The notes: generated by a model from the sequence alone, not told the origin. Positions 38,374 to 48,792 are shown, numbered from the stretch's first letter. The stretch: DNA of 64,000 nucleotides from Candidatus Aenigmatarchaeota archaeon (GCA_038998335.1 JAVZHQ010000001.1:192001-256000); one strand, 5' to 3'. Made by a program: numbers and translations.

Positions 38374-39777
38374 ATGAGCGAAGAAAAAGTATCGATATTT
38401 GATTTGTTTTCTCCAACAGACTATAGGTACTCTGTTGAAGAATTAAAGCAATATCTATCAGAAGAGGCTTTTGTTAAGTACAAATCAAAAGTGGAAGCAG
38501 CGTTAGCTAAAGTTAAAGCAAGAAGAGGCATGATAACCCAAGAATCTGCTGAAGAAATTTTTAAAGCTTGTGAACAAGTTAAAGCAAAAGAAGTTTACGA
38601 GGAAGAAGAAAGAACAAGACATGACATAATAGCTCAAGTCAATATGATAAGGAAAAGAGTTAGTGATGAAGCAAAGCCAGCTGTACATGTACCAGCAACC
38701 TCTTATGATATAGTTGACACTGCTAATATGCTACGCTATAGAGATGCTTTTAAAAATGTTATTATTCCTGATATGGTTTCTTTGGAAAAAGTTTGGATAG
38801 AGCTAGCTAGAAAAGAAAAAGATACTTTACAAATAGGCAGAACTCATCTGCAGCATGCCGAACCTATAACATTTGGTTTTACAATGGCCTGGTATGTTAG
38901 TAGGTTTGGAAGAAGAATTTTAAAAGTAAAAGAGGCGGTTGAAAGCTTGGAGGGGAAATTTTCAGGTGCAGTAGGCGCCTATAACGCTTCTTCTTTATTT
39001 TTTGATAATCCTGAAGAATTTGAGAGAGAAGTTTTGGCAGAATTGGGAATAAAACCAACTGAAATTTCCACTCAAATAGTACAACCAGAACCTTTAGCAG
39101 ATTTGATGCATTATGTTTTTAGCAGCTTTAATATTCTAGCAAACTGGGCAAGAGATATGAGGAACTTGCAAAGACCAGAAATAGGAGAAGTAGGTCAGCC
39201 AAGAGGTAAAGATATTTCAAGCTCTTCAACTATGCCACATAAAGCAAACCCTATAGGATTAGAAAATATAGAAAGTTTGTGGAAGGCAACGATTCCCTAC
39301 ATTTTCACAACTTATTTAGATCAAATTTCAGACCATCAACGTGACTTAACAAATTCTGCTTCCCAAAGGTTTATACCCCAAATACTTGTTCAGTTTGACT
39401 ATGCTGTAAGAAGGGCTAAAAGAATTTCTGAAAACCTTAAACCCCATTATCACAATATGCTCAAAAACTTTGAAATGAATAAGGACAAGATAATCGCAGA
39501 GCCTCTCCACGTCTTACTTTCTTTCTATGGGCATCCAAACTCTCATGAATACGTGAGCAAGCTCGTTGAACAGTCTTACTCTACTGGTAAACCATTAACA
39601 GAAATTATTACTCAAGATGAAAACCTTAAACCTTATCTTGAAAAGTTTACTGAAGAACAAAAGAATATGATTTTCAATCCTTCCAAATATGTTGGAATCG
39701 CTCCTCAAAAAGCAGAAAAAATTGCAAACTTTTGGGAAAAAAGACTTAAAGAGGCAATTTGTTATAACCAAAAATAA
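38374..39777 (+). CDS. purB: adenylosuccinate lyase
   Basis: 'TSYDIVDTA', 'GRTHLQHA', 'SSSTMPHKANP'; AGGTGAT SD. Confidence 0.93.
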   Translation: MSEEKVSIFDLFSPTDYRYSVEELKQYLSEEAFVKYKSKVEAALAKVKARRGMITQESAEEIFKACEQVKAKEVYEEEERTRHDIIAQVNMIRKRVSDEAKPAVHVPATSYDIVDTANMLRYRDAFKNVIIPDMVSLEKVWIELARKEKDTLQIGRTHLQHAEPITFGFTMAWYVSRFGRRILKVKEAVESLEGKFSGAVGAYNASSLFFDNPEEFEREVLAELGIKPTEISTQIVQPEPLADLMHYVFSSFNILANWARDMRNLQRPEIGEVGQPRGKDISSSSTMPHKANPIGLENIESLWKATIPYIFTTYLDQISDHQRDLTNSASQRFIPQILVQFDYAVRRAKRISENLKPHYHNMLKNFEMNKDKIIAEPLHVLLSFYGHPNSHEYVSKLVEQSYSTGKPLTEIITQDENLKPYLEKFTEEQKNMIFNPSKYVGIAPQKAEKIANFWEKRLKEAICYNQK

Positions 39778-39808
39778 GTTTAAAAGTTTTAAATTAAAAT
39801 AAAAAAGC

Positions 39809-41068
39809 ATGTACATTCCCAAGAAGACCCTTTTTATTCCTCTTGATGGTACAGTTGATATTTCAGATTATCTCCCTATAATAGATTCATTTTACTTTCA
39901 AAGACTGGATGGAGTTAAACAATTAGATACAGCTGAAACAGTTTACAGAGGAGCAAAGCATTCAAGGTTTGAGCACTCCATAGGGACGATGAATAAATTT
40001 AGAAGAATGTTTTTCCATAGAAATTTACCAAATTCTGATTTAAGCAAAGATGAGCTTAAAAAAGTAGAATTAGCTTCTTTGCTTCATGATTGTTCTCACA
40101 ACGCTTATGCGCATTTAACTGAAGTTATAGAGAAGTCTCTCACAGGAAAATCTCATGATGACAGGTGGGTAGAAACTTTGGAGAAGTATTTTGATAAACC
40201 TTTGAAGGAATGTGGTTTTTCGCCAAAAGATTTGAAAGAAGTTGCTGAGACAAATTTAAGAGAAATAATATGGGATATTGTTGGTGTAGACAAGCTAGAC
40301 TATATCCAGAGAGATTTTTATCATGTTGGTTTTCCAACTATAGAGATAGAACCTCAGCTTACTTATTCGATTTTTCTCAAGAGCAAAGGCCTTTGTATAG
40401 AAGAGAAGAGCTCAGCTTTGGTAACAAACTTCATTCATGCATGGTACGTTGCCCATTCTACGATTTACTGGAGAAAAGCTTGTTTGATACAAGCATCCAT
40501 GATGAGAAGAGCTATATGGGATGCTATTTCACAAGGTTATTTAGAATTAGAGAAAATGAAGGAAATGAGGGATTATGAAGTAGATTATACGCTTTTAAGT
40601 TCAAAAGGCAAAAGCAAAGAGTTGTTTAAAAAAATTCTTTCAAGAAATCTTTACAAAACTGCAGTTACGTTTAAAGTTGAAGGTTACTCTTACTTTGAGA
40701 GAAAAGGTAACAAGCCACTATCAATAGTAGAAGTTCCAGAAGAAGATGTAAATAAAATTTTTGTTGAGGACAGAAATTTTAAAGAAATCTTAGAGTTAGA
40801 AAAAGAACTCTCAAAAGAATTAACTACTGATGTAATAATTTCTACAACTCCACAGCCAGAAAGACTAAAACCAAAAGACCCAAAAATATTTTCTGCAGAT
40901 AGAGAAGAAGTTCAAAAACTTTCAGACATAAACAGTGATTTTTTAAGTTACCAAAAGAAAATACCTAATCATCTTTGGGTAGTAAGGGTTGTAGTTCCTG
41001 CTGAAGATAGAAAAGAAGTGTCAAGAATGTATAAAACAGTCGAAGAATACTTATACTCCAACTCTTAA
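39809..41068 (+). CDS. HD-domain phosphohydrolase (dNTP triphosphohydrolase/SAMHD1-like)
   Basis: 'FQRL..VKQL', 'HSRFEHSIG', 'LLHD', 'DKLDYIQRD'. Confidence 0.9.
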   Translation: MYIPKKTLFIPLDGTVDISDYLPIIDSFYFQRLDGVKQLDTAETVYRGAKHSRFEHSIGTMNKFRRMFFHRNLPNSDLSKDELKKVELASLLHDCSHNAYAHLTEVIEKSLTGKSHDDRWVETLEKYFDKPLKECGFSPKDLKEVAETNLREIIWDIVGVDKLDYIQRDFYHVGFPTIEIEPQLTYSIFLKSKGLCIEEKSSALVTNFIHAWYVAHSTIYWRKACLIQASMMRRAIWDAISQGYLELEKMKEMRDYEVDYTLLSSKGKSKELFKKILSRNLYKTAVTFKVEGYSYFERKGNKPLSIVEVPEEDVNKIFVEDRNFKEILELEKELSKELTTDVIISTTPQPERLKPKDPKIFSADREEVQKLSDINSDFLSYQKKIPNHLWVVRVVVPAEDRKEVSRMYKTVEEYLYSNS

Positions 41069-41099
41069 CATTTTAAATATTAAATTACAAATTAAAAAT

Positions 41100-41576
41100 A
41101 TGGATGAAAAGGCAGAAGCAAAGGCTATTGAGGAAGAATTGAAAAAAGAGCTCGAATCTTACAAGGCAAGAATTTTGCCTCAGTATTCTAAGAAAGCTGG
41201 CAAAAAATTAAAAAGAATTCAAAAGTACTTAGCTAAACTTAAGCCTTTAAAAATAAAATTTTCTTCAGTTTCAAAAATTGAGGAAGAGGCTAGGAACACT
41301 CTAGCTCAACTCAAAACTCAGATTTCTCAAGCCAAAGAGAAAATAGGTTCTAACAAAGCAAGAATAAAAGCTTTGAAGCAAGAAATTAAAGATTTAAAAA
41401 GAGAAATTCCTTTACTCAAGAAGTATATAAAGGGATGGAAAAAGGAAAGGAAAAAAGCTGCAAAGAAACATAAAAAAGCTTCCAAACTTTTGAGGAAACT
41501 AAAAGCTAAGATTACAAAAATTGAGAAAAGAAAAGAGAAAGTAGTTAAAAGTATGAAAAAGTACTTTAGCAGCTAA
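41100..41576 (+). CDS. Lys-rich coiled-coil protein
   Basis: Heptad pattern; very basic. Confidence 0.7.
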   Translation: MDEKAEAKAIEEELKKELESYKARILPQYSKKAGKKLKRIQKYLAKLKPLKIKFSSVSKIEEEARNTLAQLKTQISQAKEKIGSNKARIKALKQEIKDLKREIPLLKKYIKGWKKERKKAAKKHKKASKLLRKLKAKITKIEKRKEKVVKSMKKYFSS

Positions 41577-43549
41577 ACCTCAATTTTTCCAAGCTCTTCC
41601 AAGCTCTCTAAGCTATTCATCTTTATCATTTTGTTTGAAATAGTGTAGAGTATATCGTCAATATACAAAGTTCTCTTTATTTCATAATCATAGTCGTAAG
41701 GTTTTTCAGTGTGACTAATTCTTCCCCTTTCACTTATTCCTTCTTGTGTAATGTTAAAAACATAAGCTCCTTGCCATTTTTGGATATAATTCTCTGCTAC
41801 AGAAACAGGAATGACTAGTAAGTTCTTAGATTTGCTGAACAAGAATGCTTTATGATCAGAAGAAACAAGAGTATAGCTTCCTCTTGTTCCTATAACAATC
41901 TTCGAAATTTCTTTTGGATTAGAAAAATCACTAACATCAAATAAAGAAATTTTTACTCCTAGCTCTCTTCCTTGGTCGTCAGCGTCTTTACCTATTCCTA
42001 TTAAATGGGTTCCATCGTAAGGGTGTAAATAATCAGAATATCCTGGAATTTTTAGTTCGCCAAGAATTTTTGGGTTTGTTTCATCTTCTAAATCAATAAC
42101 AAATAAAGGATCTGTTCTTCTAAAAGTTACCATGTAAGCTTTATCACCAACAAACCTTACAGCAAAAATTCTCTCAGTTCTTGCTATATTCTCTATCTTG
42201 CCTAAAATGTTTAAGTTTTCATCTAATGTATAAATATTGTTAAAAACTTCTCTTCCGTAGCTTGAAGTTGTTGCTATCCTAAAATGATTGTTGTCTTCGT
42301 CCATGGAAAATTGATTTAAAACACTTCCAGGCACTTCTCCGCTGACCTTATACTCTATGTTTCCTTCAGAAATTGAAATTTTATGGATAATTGTTTTCTC
42401 CAATTCTTTAATTATTTCTTCCATTACTTTTTCATATCTATTCTGCAACTCTTTCATGAAAGAAGCTGCTTGCTCAGGGTTAAGAGTTTTGGTATAATTT
42501 TCTATTACTTCCTCTATTTTGTTCATCTTATCATAAATGTTAATGTTTGATTCTTTTACTTCCTCTATTTTTTCCTTAACTTCCTGTGGAACTACAGGCA
42601 AGATTGCCTCATCTATTATTCTTTCATAAAAGTCATAAATGCTGTAGGTTTTAGTGTAAACTATGTAGATGTTGTTTGAAGAAACATAAAGATTTTGAGT
42701 TGCTCCTATGAGAAAAGTTTTAACGTTTATTTCTTCCTCATCGTTTTGTGTGTTTAAAGCTATAACATTAGTAAACGAATAAGAATAATCAAAAATAGGT
42801 GAGTAGTAAATTTCCTCAGCCTTTACTTCTTTTACTTTGTTTCCTTCTACTACCGAAGGAAGAATTATTTCATCCTCATAAAATTCTAAAGGTTCATTAA
42901 CTATAACATAAACATAATCTCCTATCATTCTTGAGTCATAATAGCTTCCGTTAAGGTAGACTTCTCTTGTAACTTTTGGGTTAGCTTTATCTGAAACATC
43001 ATAAACATAAATGTAAGTTTTTGGGGTGTAGCGATAGTAAGGAATTAGTCCTCCTCTATATTCTCTTAAAGGAAGAGGATAGAAATAAGATTCGCTAGCA
43101 AAAATCACAAGCTTATCTTTGTTTATAAAAATTCCTTCAATACTTTTGTTTAAAGAAATTTTTGAAACAACTTTCGCGTTTTCAAGAGGGTAAGCCTCAA
43201 CTATCGTTAAGTTGTTTCCATAAACGGAATAAATGTATTGGCCATCAGTCTTTACCACGTCTGCTTCATCTACCCCTACAACTTGAACGTTTGTTGCTGA
43301 ATACTCTTGAGCAGCCGGAACAGCCAAAGGAGCGCCTGTTTTAATAGACTCAATTCCATACTCTCTAGCTATACCTATTCCTACTAAAGGAAGGTATTGT
43401 TCGCTAGAGGATTTAACAAAATTTTTAAGTTCCTCGTAAGATGAAAACTTTTTAAGCTCTACTTTATAAGTTTCAGGTCTTTTCTGGTAAAGTATCGAGA
43501 AAACTATTAAACAAATAATTAGCAAAAGGATTACTTTCCATAGCTTCAT
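41573..43549 (-). CDS. secreted beta-propeller domain protein (COG4880-like)
   Basis: 'TNVQVVGVDEADVVKTDG', 'NQFSMDE', 'VTFRRTDPLFVIDL', 'KIPGYSDYLHP'. Confidence 0.9.
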   Translation of the reverse strand: MKLWKVILLLIICLIVFSILYQKRPETYKVELKKFSSYEELKNFVKSSSEQYLPLVGIGIAREYGIESIKTGAPLAVPAAQEYSATNVQVVGVDEADVVKTDGQYIYSVYGNNLTIVEAYPLENAKVVSKISLNKSIEGIFINKDKLVIFASESYFYPLPLREYRGGLIPYYRYTPKTYIYVYDVSDKANPKVTREVYLNGSYYDSRMIGDYVYVIVNEPLEFYEDEIILPSVVEGNKVKEVKAEEIYYSPIFDYSYSFTNVIALNTQNDEEEINVKTFLIGATQNLYVSSNNIYIVYTKTYSIYDFYERIIDEAILPVVPQEVKEKIEEVKESNINIYDKMNKIEEVIENYTKTLNPEQAASFMKELQNRYEKVMEEIIKELEKTIIHKISISEGNIEYKVSGEVPGSVLNQFSMDEDNNHFRIATTSSYGREVFNNIYTLDENLNILGKIENIARTERIFAVRFVGDKAYMVTFRRTDPLFVIDLEDETNPKILGELKIPGYSDYLHPYDGTHLIGIGKDADDQGRELGVKISLFDVSDFSNPKEISKIVIGTRGSYTLVSSDHKAFLFSKSKNLLVIPVSVAENYIQKWQGAYVFNITQEGISERGRISHTEKPYDYDYEIKRTLYIDDILYTISNKMIKMNSLESLEELGKIEV

Positions 43550-43605
43550 AAATTTTTCTTGTCTTTTTATTCTTAAATGTTTAGCTTTTTTATTTGGCTT
43601 TTGCC

Positions 43606-44160
43606 CTAAAGAAAACGTTTAAGCCTTGCTTCAAACTCACAGTATTCGTGGCCCATAGCTTTACATTTTGTCTCTTCAACCACAACTTCTTCTCCCCAGA
43701 TTGCAGAAGCCCCTCCTGCCAAACTTCCCATCAAAAAAGCACATACTGGTTTTTTAGATTTTCCATAAAATTGAGCCTCAAAAGAATTATAAATTCTTCC
43801 TGTAATAGTTTCTCCCTTTTCTAGCTTACCTTCTTCAACTATTTCTCCCCTCCCCCAGCCTTCACCTTGAACTATTTGTAAAACTTTCTTAGCTATTTCT
43901 ATTCTTTTAACCCCAAGTTTTGCCAGGATATAAGCTGTTAAATTTCGTTTAAGAGCTTTTTCCACAACTTTATAAGCTTGGTCAAAAGCTCCTTGATAAA
44001 TTATTCCTTTTGTTGCAACTCCAACTATTTTACTTAAATCTTTGTTTAAAACTGGCAATACTTCTGCTGGTAAGGTTATATAAGGTAATCCTATAAACTC
44101 TAGCTTTCCTTTTTCGTACTTAATCTCTCTAACCAAAGGCCACCAAATCTTCTCTTTCAT
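43606..44160 (-). CDS. V4R (4-vinyl reductase) domain protein
   Basis: 'GWG...NSFEA...PVCAFLMG...ETKCKAMGHEYCEF'. Confidence 0.88.
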   Translation of the reverse strand: MKEKIWWPLVREIKYEKGKLEFIGLPYITLPAEVLPVLNKDLSKIVGVATKGIIYQGAFDQAYKVVEKALKRNLTAYILAKLGVKRIEIAKKVLQIVQGEGWGRGEIVEEGKLEKGETITGRIYNSFEAQFYGKSKKPVCAFLMGSLAGGASAIWGEEVVVEETKCKAMGHEYCEFEARLKRFL

Positions 44161-44675
44161 ACTAGGCTTACCTCAAACTCACAAAAATTATCACCAACAG
44201 CTTTACACTTTCTTTCTTTAACAGAAACTTTTTTGTTTAAAATTGCTGAAAACAATCCAGCAATAATTCCTGCAGTTATATAACATACAGGCTTATTAGG
44301 TTTTTCATAATACTGAGAAAATGAGCAACCATAAATTCTTATCAAGCTTTTGATTTCTTTTTCAACCTCAAGGCTAATTATATCAACACTACCGAAGCCC
44401 CAGTATTCAAGGTATTTTAGAAACTCTTTTATAACTTCCTCTTTTGTTAAGTCTTTTGGCAAGAATTTTTTCCAGTTCTTATAGTAGTTGTTAGCACTTT
44501 TTTCACAACTTTTATATATTTCAACGTTGGCTATTTCTCCTATCGTTTTTAAAATAGCTAAATGAATCGAAGGAAGCATTCTTGCAGACATAAAAACTAG
44601 TCTTTGCTTGTTTAGTATTAGTTCTCCTTTTTCAGGCTTATAGAATATTTTTTTGAGGATTGGCCACTCTTCCAT
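44157..44675 (-). CDS. V4R domain protein
   Basis: 'WGFG...PVCYITAG...ERKCKAVGDNFCEF'. Confidence 0.88.
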   Translation of the reverse strand: MEEWPILKKIFYKPEKGELILNKQRLVFMSARMLPSIHLAILKTIGEIANVEIYKSCEKSANNYYKNWKKFLPKDLTKEEVIKEFLKYLEYWGFGSVDIISLEVEKEIKSLIRIYGCSFSQYYEKPNKPVCYITAGIIAGLFSAILNKKVSVKERKCKAVGDNFCEFEVSLV

Positions 44676-44720
44676 TAATTGATTTTATTTTTTTAAGTTT
44701 AAAATCGTTTTTTATTTTTG

Positions 44721-45599
44721 ATGCCACTTTTTTCAGTAGTAACAACAGCAAAGAATGAAGAAAGAAAAACGATAGAAGAGGTTTTTCAAAACTGGGAGCT
44801 AACAAAAGAAATTTTTGAAAGAAAAACCGAGAAAAAAGTTGAGTTTATAGTTGTGGATGCGGGTAATAATTCAGAAATTCCAAAACTAAAAGATTCTTTT
44901 GTTGTTGGAGAAGAAATTTATCAAGATTATAGAAAATTTCTTTATTCTTCAGGTAAAATAAAATACAAATCTTGGGACTGCCCAAGCATAGGAAGAAATC
45001 TTGGTTTTAAATATTGCAAAGGAAATATAGTAGTTTTCCAAGATATAGACACTCTTTTCTCAACAGGCACTGAACTTGATTTTAATTACATAAACCCAAA
45101 TCTTGATAAGTATGAGAATTATTTTGAAGTTATGTATAAAGCTTTTAGAAAAAAATCGATAGTTGCAGCTTCGCCTTCTGCCAGAGCTTACGATGTTAAG
45201 AAAATTAGCAGAAGGTTTGGAATGATGGGGGAAAACTACATGGTTTGGTTGTCTTGTAAGCTACCAACCTTAAAAATAAGAAATAATTTTATTGGTGGAC
45301 CAAGCATTCCTGGTTTTAGTATATCAGCTTTAAAAAATGTTTGTGATAAAATTTACGAAGAAAAAGGGTTTTTGTTCGACCCTGAGTTAGCGATAGCAGA
45401 AGACCATAAGTTTTCTAGAATGTTAAGATTGTTTGGTAAAATTTCCTACGAGAGAAAAGCAGGGGTTTTCACAAGAACTGTTAAAAGAGTAACTCCAGGG
45501 TTTGATTTGTTAAAATCCCTTTTATACGCTGCAAAATGGTTTTTACCTTATTTTTGTCCAGATTTTTTTAAGTACCATAAACATGTTTTATCTGTTTAG
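44721..45599 (+). CDS. glycosyltransferase family 2
   Basis: 'SVVTTAKNEE', 'VVD', 'GRNLG', DxD 'DID', 'ED'. Confidence 0.8.
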   Translation: MPLFSVVTTAKNEERKTIEEVFQNWELTKEIFERKTEKKVEFIVVDAGNNSEIPKLKDSFVVGEEIYQDYRKFLYSSGKIKYKSWDCPSIGRNLGFKYCKGNIVVFQDIDTLFSTGTELDFNYINPNLDKYENYFEVMYKAFRKKSIVAASPSARAYDVKKISRRFGMMGENYMVWLSCKLPTLKIRNNFIGGPSIPGFSISALKNVCDKIYEEKGFLFDPELAIAEDHKFSRMLRLFGKISYERKAGVFTRTVKRVTPGFDLLKSLLYAAKWFLPYFCPDFFKYHKHVLSV

Positions 45600-45636
45600 C
45601 AAAAAGCTTTTAAATTAAAAGTGCAGAAGGATAATT

Positions 45637-45918
45637 ATGGAAGAAGAAAAAATTGAAGAAGTGAATAAGAAACTTGTTGGAAAAGTAACTCACTACTATG
45701 GAAAAATCGGAGTTGCAGTTGTTGAGCTTCAAGATGAACTAAGCGTTAACGATGAAGTAATAATTGAAGGTAAAGTAACAAAGCTAAGACAAAAACCTCC
45801 TTTATCCATGCAAATAGAACATAAAAACGTTGAAGTAGCAAAAGCAGGCGATTCTATTGGCTTAAAGGTTGACGAGAAAGTAAGGGAAAACGACTTGGTT
45901 TACAAAGTGGTTCAGTAA
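45637..45918 (+). CDS. EF-Tu domain II-like beta-barrel protein (stand-alone)
   Basis: 'VGKVTHYYGKIGVAV...SMQIEH...AKAGDSIGLKV'. Confidence 0.8.
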   Translation: MEEEKIEEVNKKLVGKVTHYYGKIGVAVVELQDELSVNDEVIIEGKVTKLRQKPPLSMQIEHKNVEVAKAGDSIGLKVDEKVRENDLVYKVVQ

Positions 45919-45939
45919 ATCTAAGTAAAATTTTTATCT

Positions 45940-47970
45940 TTAACCAATTTTTTCTATTTTCACGTTACAGTACTTAAAGGCTGGTATTTTTGAAACTGGG
46001 TCTAGAATCGGGCTAGTTAACTTGTTTACCTTTTTTTCTGAGTAATGGTTTGGAGCTGCCAATACTCCTTTGTTTACCCTATCGCTAATTTTAGCTTTTA
46101 TCTCAACTTGGCCAAAAGGTGAAGATATTTTTATTACTTCTCCATCTTTAATCTTAAGCTCTTCTGCATCCTCTTTGCTAATTTCAACATAAGCTTCAGG
46201 CTTGAGCTTGTTTAGGCTATCAACCTTCCTTGTCATCACTCCAGTGTTAAAATGTTCAAGCCATCTGTGAGAAATTAGAACATAAGGATAAGCATGATCA
46301 AGAGTTTGCGGCCCAACAAATGAAACAGGATAGAAAATTGCCCTTTTTCCTGGATAACCAAAATCTTTTGTGTATAGAATTTGAGTTCCTTTTGGGTTTT
46401 TATTATCGCAAGGCCATTGTATGCCTTTTCTTCCTAGTTTTTTATATGTTATTCCAGAATATTGAGGAATTGCTTTTCTCATTTCCTTAAAAATTTCTTC
46501 TGGTGAATTAAAGTTAAACTCATCTTTAAAGCCCATTCTCTCTGCCAAAAGTTTTACTATGACCCAATCTTCTTTTGCTTCTCCTGGTGGCTCAACAGCT
46601 TTATTGATTAGTTGAACTCTTCTTTCACTGTTTGTAAAAGTTCCGGTTTTTTCTAAAAAGTCTGCTGCAGGCAGAATTATGTTAGCAAGCTTTGCAGTTT
46701 CTGTCATAAAAATATCTTGAACAACAAGAAACTCCAAATTTTTTAAGTTTTCCTCTACTCTGTTAGAGTTTGGTAACGAAACTACAGGGTTATTTCCGAT
46801 TATGTACATACCAAGAATTCTTTCAGGAATGGCTTCAATCATCTCATACTCAGTTAATCCCTTAGAAATAGGTAAACCTTTTACCTTCCAAATTTTTTCA
46901 AATTTTTTTATGGTTTCCTGTGTCAAAGAAGAATAACCAGGATAAACGTTCGGCAGGGCTCCAACATCACAAGCTCCTTGAACGTTATTGCAGCCTCTTA
47001 AAGGATTAATTCCTGAGCCAGGTTTTCCAAAATTTCCAGTAAGCAAAACTAAATCTGTTATAGTTAAAATGTTTTCAACACCATTACTATGCTGGGTTAT
47101 TCCCATTCCAATTAACACAGCAGCTCTCTTAGATTTAGCATAGAGCAAAGCCACTTCCCTTATAGTTTTTTCTTCTACACCTGTCATTTTTGAAATGTAG
47201 CTGAGGTCAAACTTTTCTAAACTTTTCTTCAGTTGCTCAAAGCCTAAGGTTCTTTCTTTAATGAATTTTTTATTTTCTAATTTTTCTTCAAGAATGACTT
47301 TCATCAAACCTGCAACAAAAAGTATGTCAGTATTTGGGTTAATTCTAACAAAAATATCAGCTTTTTCTGCAGTCTCTGTTTTTCTTACATCCACAACAAC
47401 AAGCTTCCCATGCTTCTTCATTTCTAAGATTCTATCAAAGCCTATTGGTTGGGTAGCTACAGGGTTTACACCAAAAGCTAAAATGCAATCAGCTTCTTTC
47501 AAGTCTTCATAGCTGTTTGTCATAGCTGACTTTCCAAGAATTTCATATAAACCAGTAATAGTAGAAGCATGGCAAAGCCTAGTACAATTGTCTATGTTGT
47601 TAGTGCCTATAACAACCCTAGCAAACTTTTGAATTAAATAGTTTTCTTCGTTCGTGCATTTTGTTGAAGAAAAAATTCCAATAGAATTTTTTCCATAAGT
47701 ATCCCTTATTCTCACGAATTCTTCTGCTATTATGTCCAAAGCTTTATTCCAAGAAATTCTCTCAAACTTATCTCCTTTTCTGATTAAAGGATACTTTAAC
47801 CTTCCTGGATGGTTCGCTACTTGCAATAAAGTAGCCCCTTTTATGCAAAGTCTCCCTTTGCTGATTGGATGGTCCTTTTGCGGGTTAATTCTTGCAATTT
47901 CTCCTTTTTCTACTTCAACTTCTAGCCCGCAACCAACACCACAATAGGGGCAAACAGAGAATACTCTCAT
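45940..47970 (-). CDS. fdhF: formate dehydrogenase alpha subunit (Mo/W-bis-PGD, Cys ligand)
   Basis: 'CPYCGVGC...C.KG', 'NCTRLCHAS', 'LRGCNNVQGACD', 'GTFTNSERR'. Confidence 0.9.
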   Translation of the reverse strand: MRVFSVCPYCGVGCGLEVEVEKGEIARINPQKDHPISKGRLCIKGATLLQVANHPGRLKYPLIRKGDKFERISWNKALDIIAEEFVRIRDTYGKNSIGIFSSTKCTNEENYLIQKFARVVIGTNNIDNCTRLCHASTITGLYEILGKSAMTNSYEDLKEADCILAFGVNPVATQPIGFDRILEMKKHGKLVVVDVRKTETAEKADIFVRINPNTDILFVAGLMKVILEEKLENKKFIKERTLGFEQLKKSLEKFDLSYISKMTGVEEKTIREVALLYAKSKRAAVLIGMGITQHSNGVENILTITDLVLLTGNFGKPGSGINPLRGCNNVQGACDVGALPNVYPGYSSLTQETIKKFEKIWKVKGLPISKGLTEYEMIEAIPERILGMYIIGNNPVVSLPNSNRVEENLKNLEFLVVQDIFMTETAKLANIILPAADFLEKTGTFTNSERRVQLINKAVEPPGEAKEDWVIVKLLAERMGFKDEFNFNSPEEIFKEMRKAIPQYSGITYKKLGRKGIQWPCDNKNPKGTQILYTKDFGYPGKRAIFYPVSFVGPQTLDHAYPYVLISHRWLEHFNTGVMTRKVDSLNKLKPEAYVEISKEDAEELKIKDGEVIKISSPFGQVEIKAKISDRVNKGVLAAPNHYSEKKVNKLTSPILDPVSKIPAFKYCNVKIEKIG

Positions 47971-48008
47971 TAAATATAGTTTAATTTTTATAATAAATTA
48001 TTTTAATC

Positions 48009-48581
48009 ATGGAGATAAGCTGCTTGATTCTTGCTGGTGGTAAGTCTTCTAGGCTTAAGAATAAACCTTTTGTGGTTCTAAAAGATAAACCTTTGGTAAA
48101 ACACGTGTTTGATAATTTAAGGAAAATTTTCTCAGACATTGTTATTGTTGTTAAGAACGAGAAGGATAAAGTAAAGGTTGAAAGGATTATAAAAGATTGT
48201 AGAATAGTTGTTGATGAAAACAAAGTTTTTTCACCTATCGCAGGAATAGTTTCAGGAATTAAACATGTAAAAAATGATTTTGTTTTTGTTGTAGCTTGTG
48301 ACATGCCTTTTGTGAAAGAAAAAACAGTAAAGGAATTGCTCTCAAGAATAGATAATGAAACGAAATGCGCATGCTATGCTTATTCTTTAAACAAGTTTGA
48401 ACCCCTGTGTGCAATTTACAGAAAAGATTTTTTCAAAGGAATAAGTCTAGAAGAAAGCTTGAGTAAAGCTATAGAAAAAGAGAGGAATAGGGTTTTAGTT
48501 CCAATTGCTAAAGAAACCGACGAGTTTTTTAACATAAACACAAAAAGAGATTTTAAAAAAGCAGAAAAATTACTCTCCTGA
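48009..48581 (+). CDS. mobA: molybdenum cofactor guanylyltransferase
   Basis: 'LAGGKSSRL', 'VACDMPF', 'EPLCAIY', 'FFNINT'. Confidence 0.92.
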   Translation: MEISCLILAGGKSSRLKNKPFVVLKDKPLVKHVFDNLRKIFSDIVIVVKNEKDKVKVERIIKDCRIVVDENKVFSPIAGIVSGIKHVKNDFVFVVACDMPFVKEKTVKELLSRIDNETKCACYAYSLNKFEPLCAIYRKDFFKGISLEESLSKAIEKERNRVLVPIAKETDEFFNINTKRDFKKAEKLLS

Positions 48582-48755
48582 AAGGCTTGGTATTAAACCT
48601 ATTTTTTCGAACAAAAACCATAAAGTCAATATTAATAAGAGCAAGGATGCTACAAGCATGCCTGGAGAGATTTGAAAACCTTGAAAATAGTTTCTTAATA
48701 TTTCATAAACAAGGTAAAAAACTATGATGTCCCTTATAAAAGAGCGAAAACCCAT
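48570..48755 (-). CDS. small 2-TM membrane protein
   Basis: MGFRSFIRDI...; fills the gap; similar to 59242-59394. Confidence 0.65.
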   Translation of the reverse strand: MGFRSFIRDIIVFYLVYEILRNYFQGFQISPGMLVASLLLLILTLWFLFEKIGLIPSLSGE

Positions 48756-48792
48756 ATTAATTAATTATTTCACTAATAAAAATATTGAGAGT

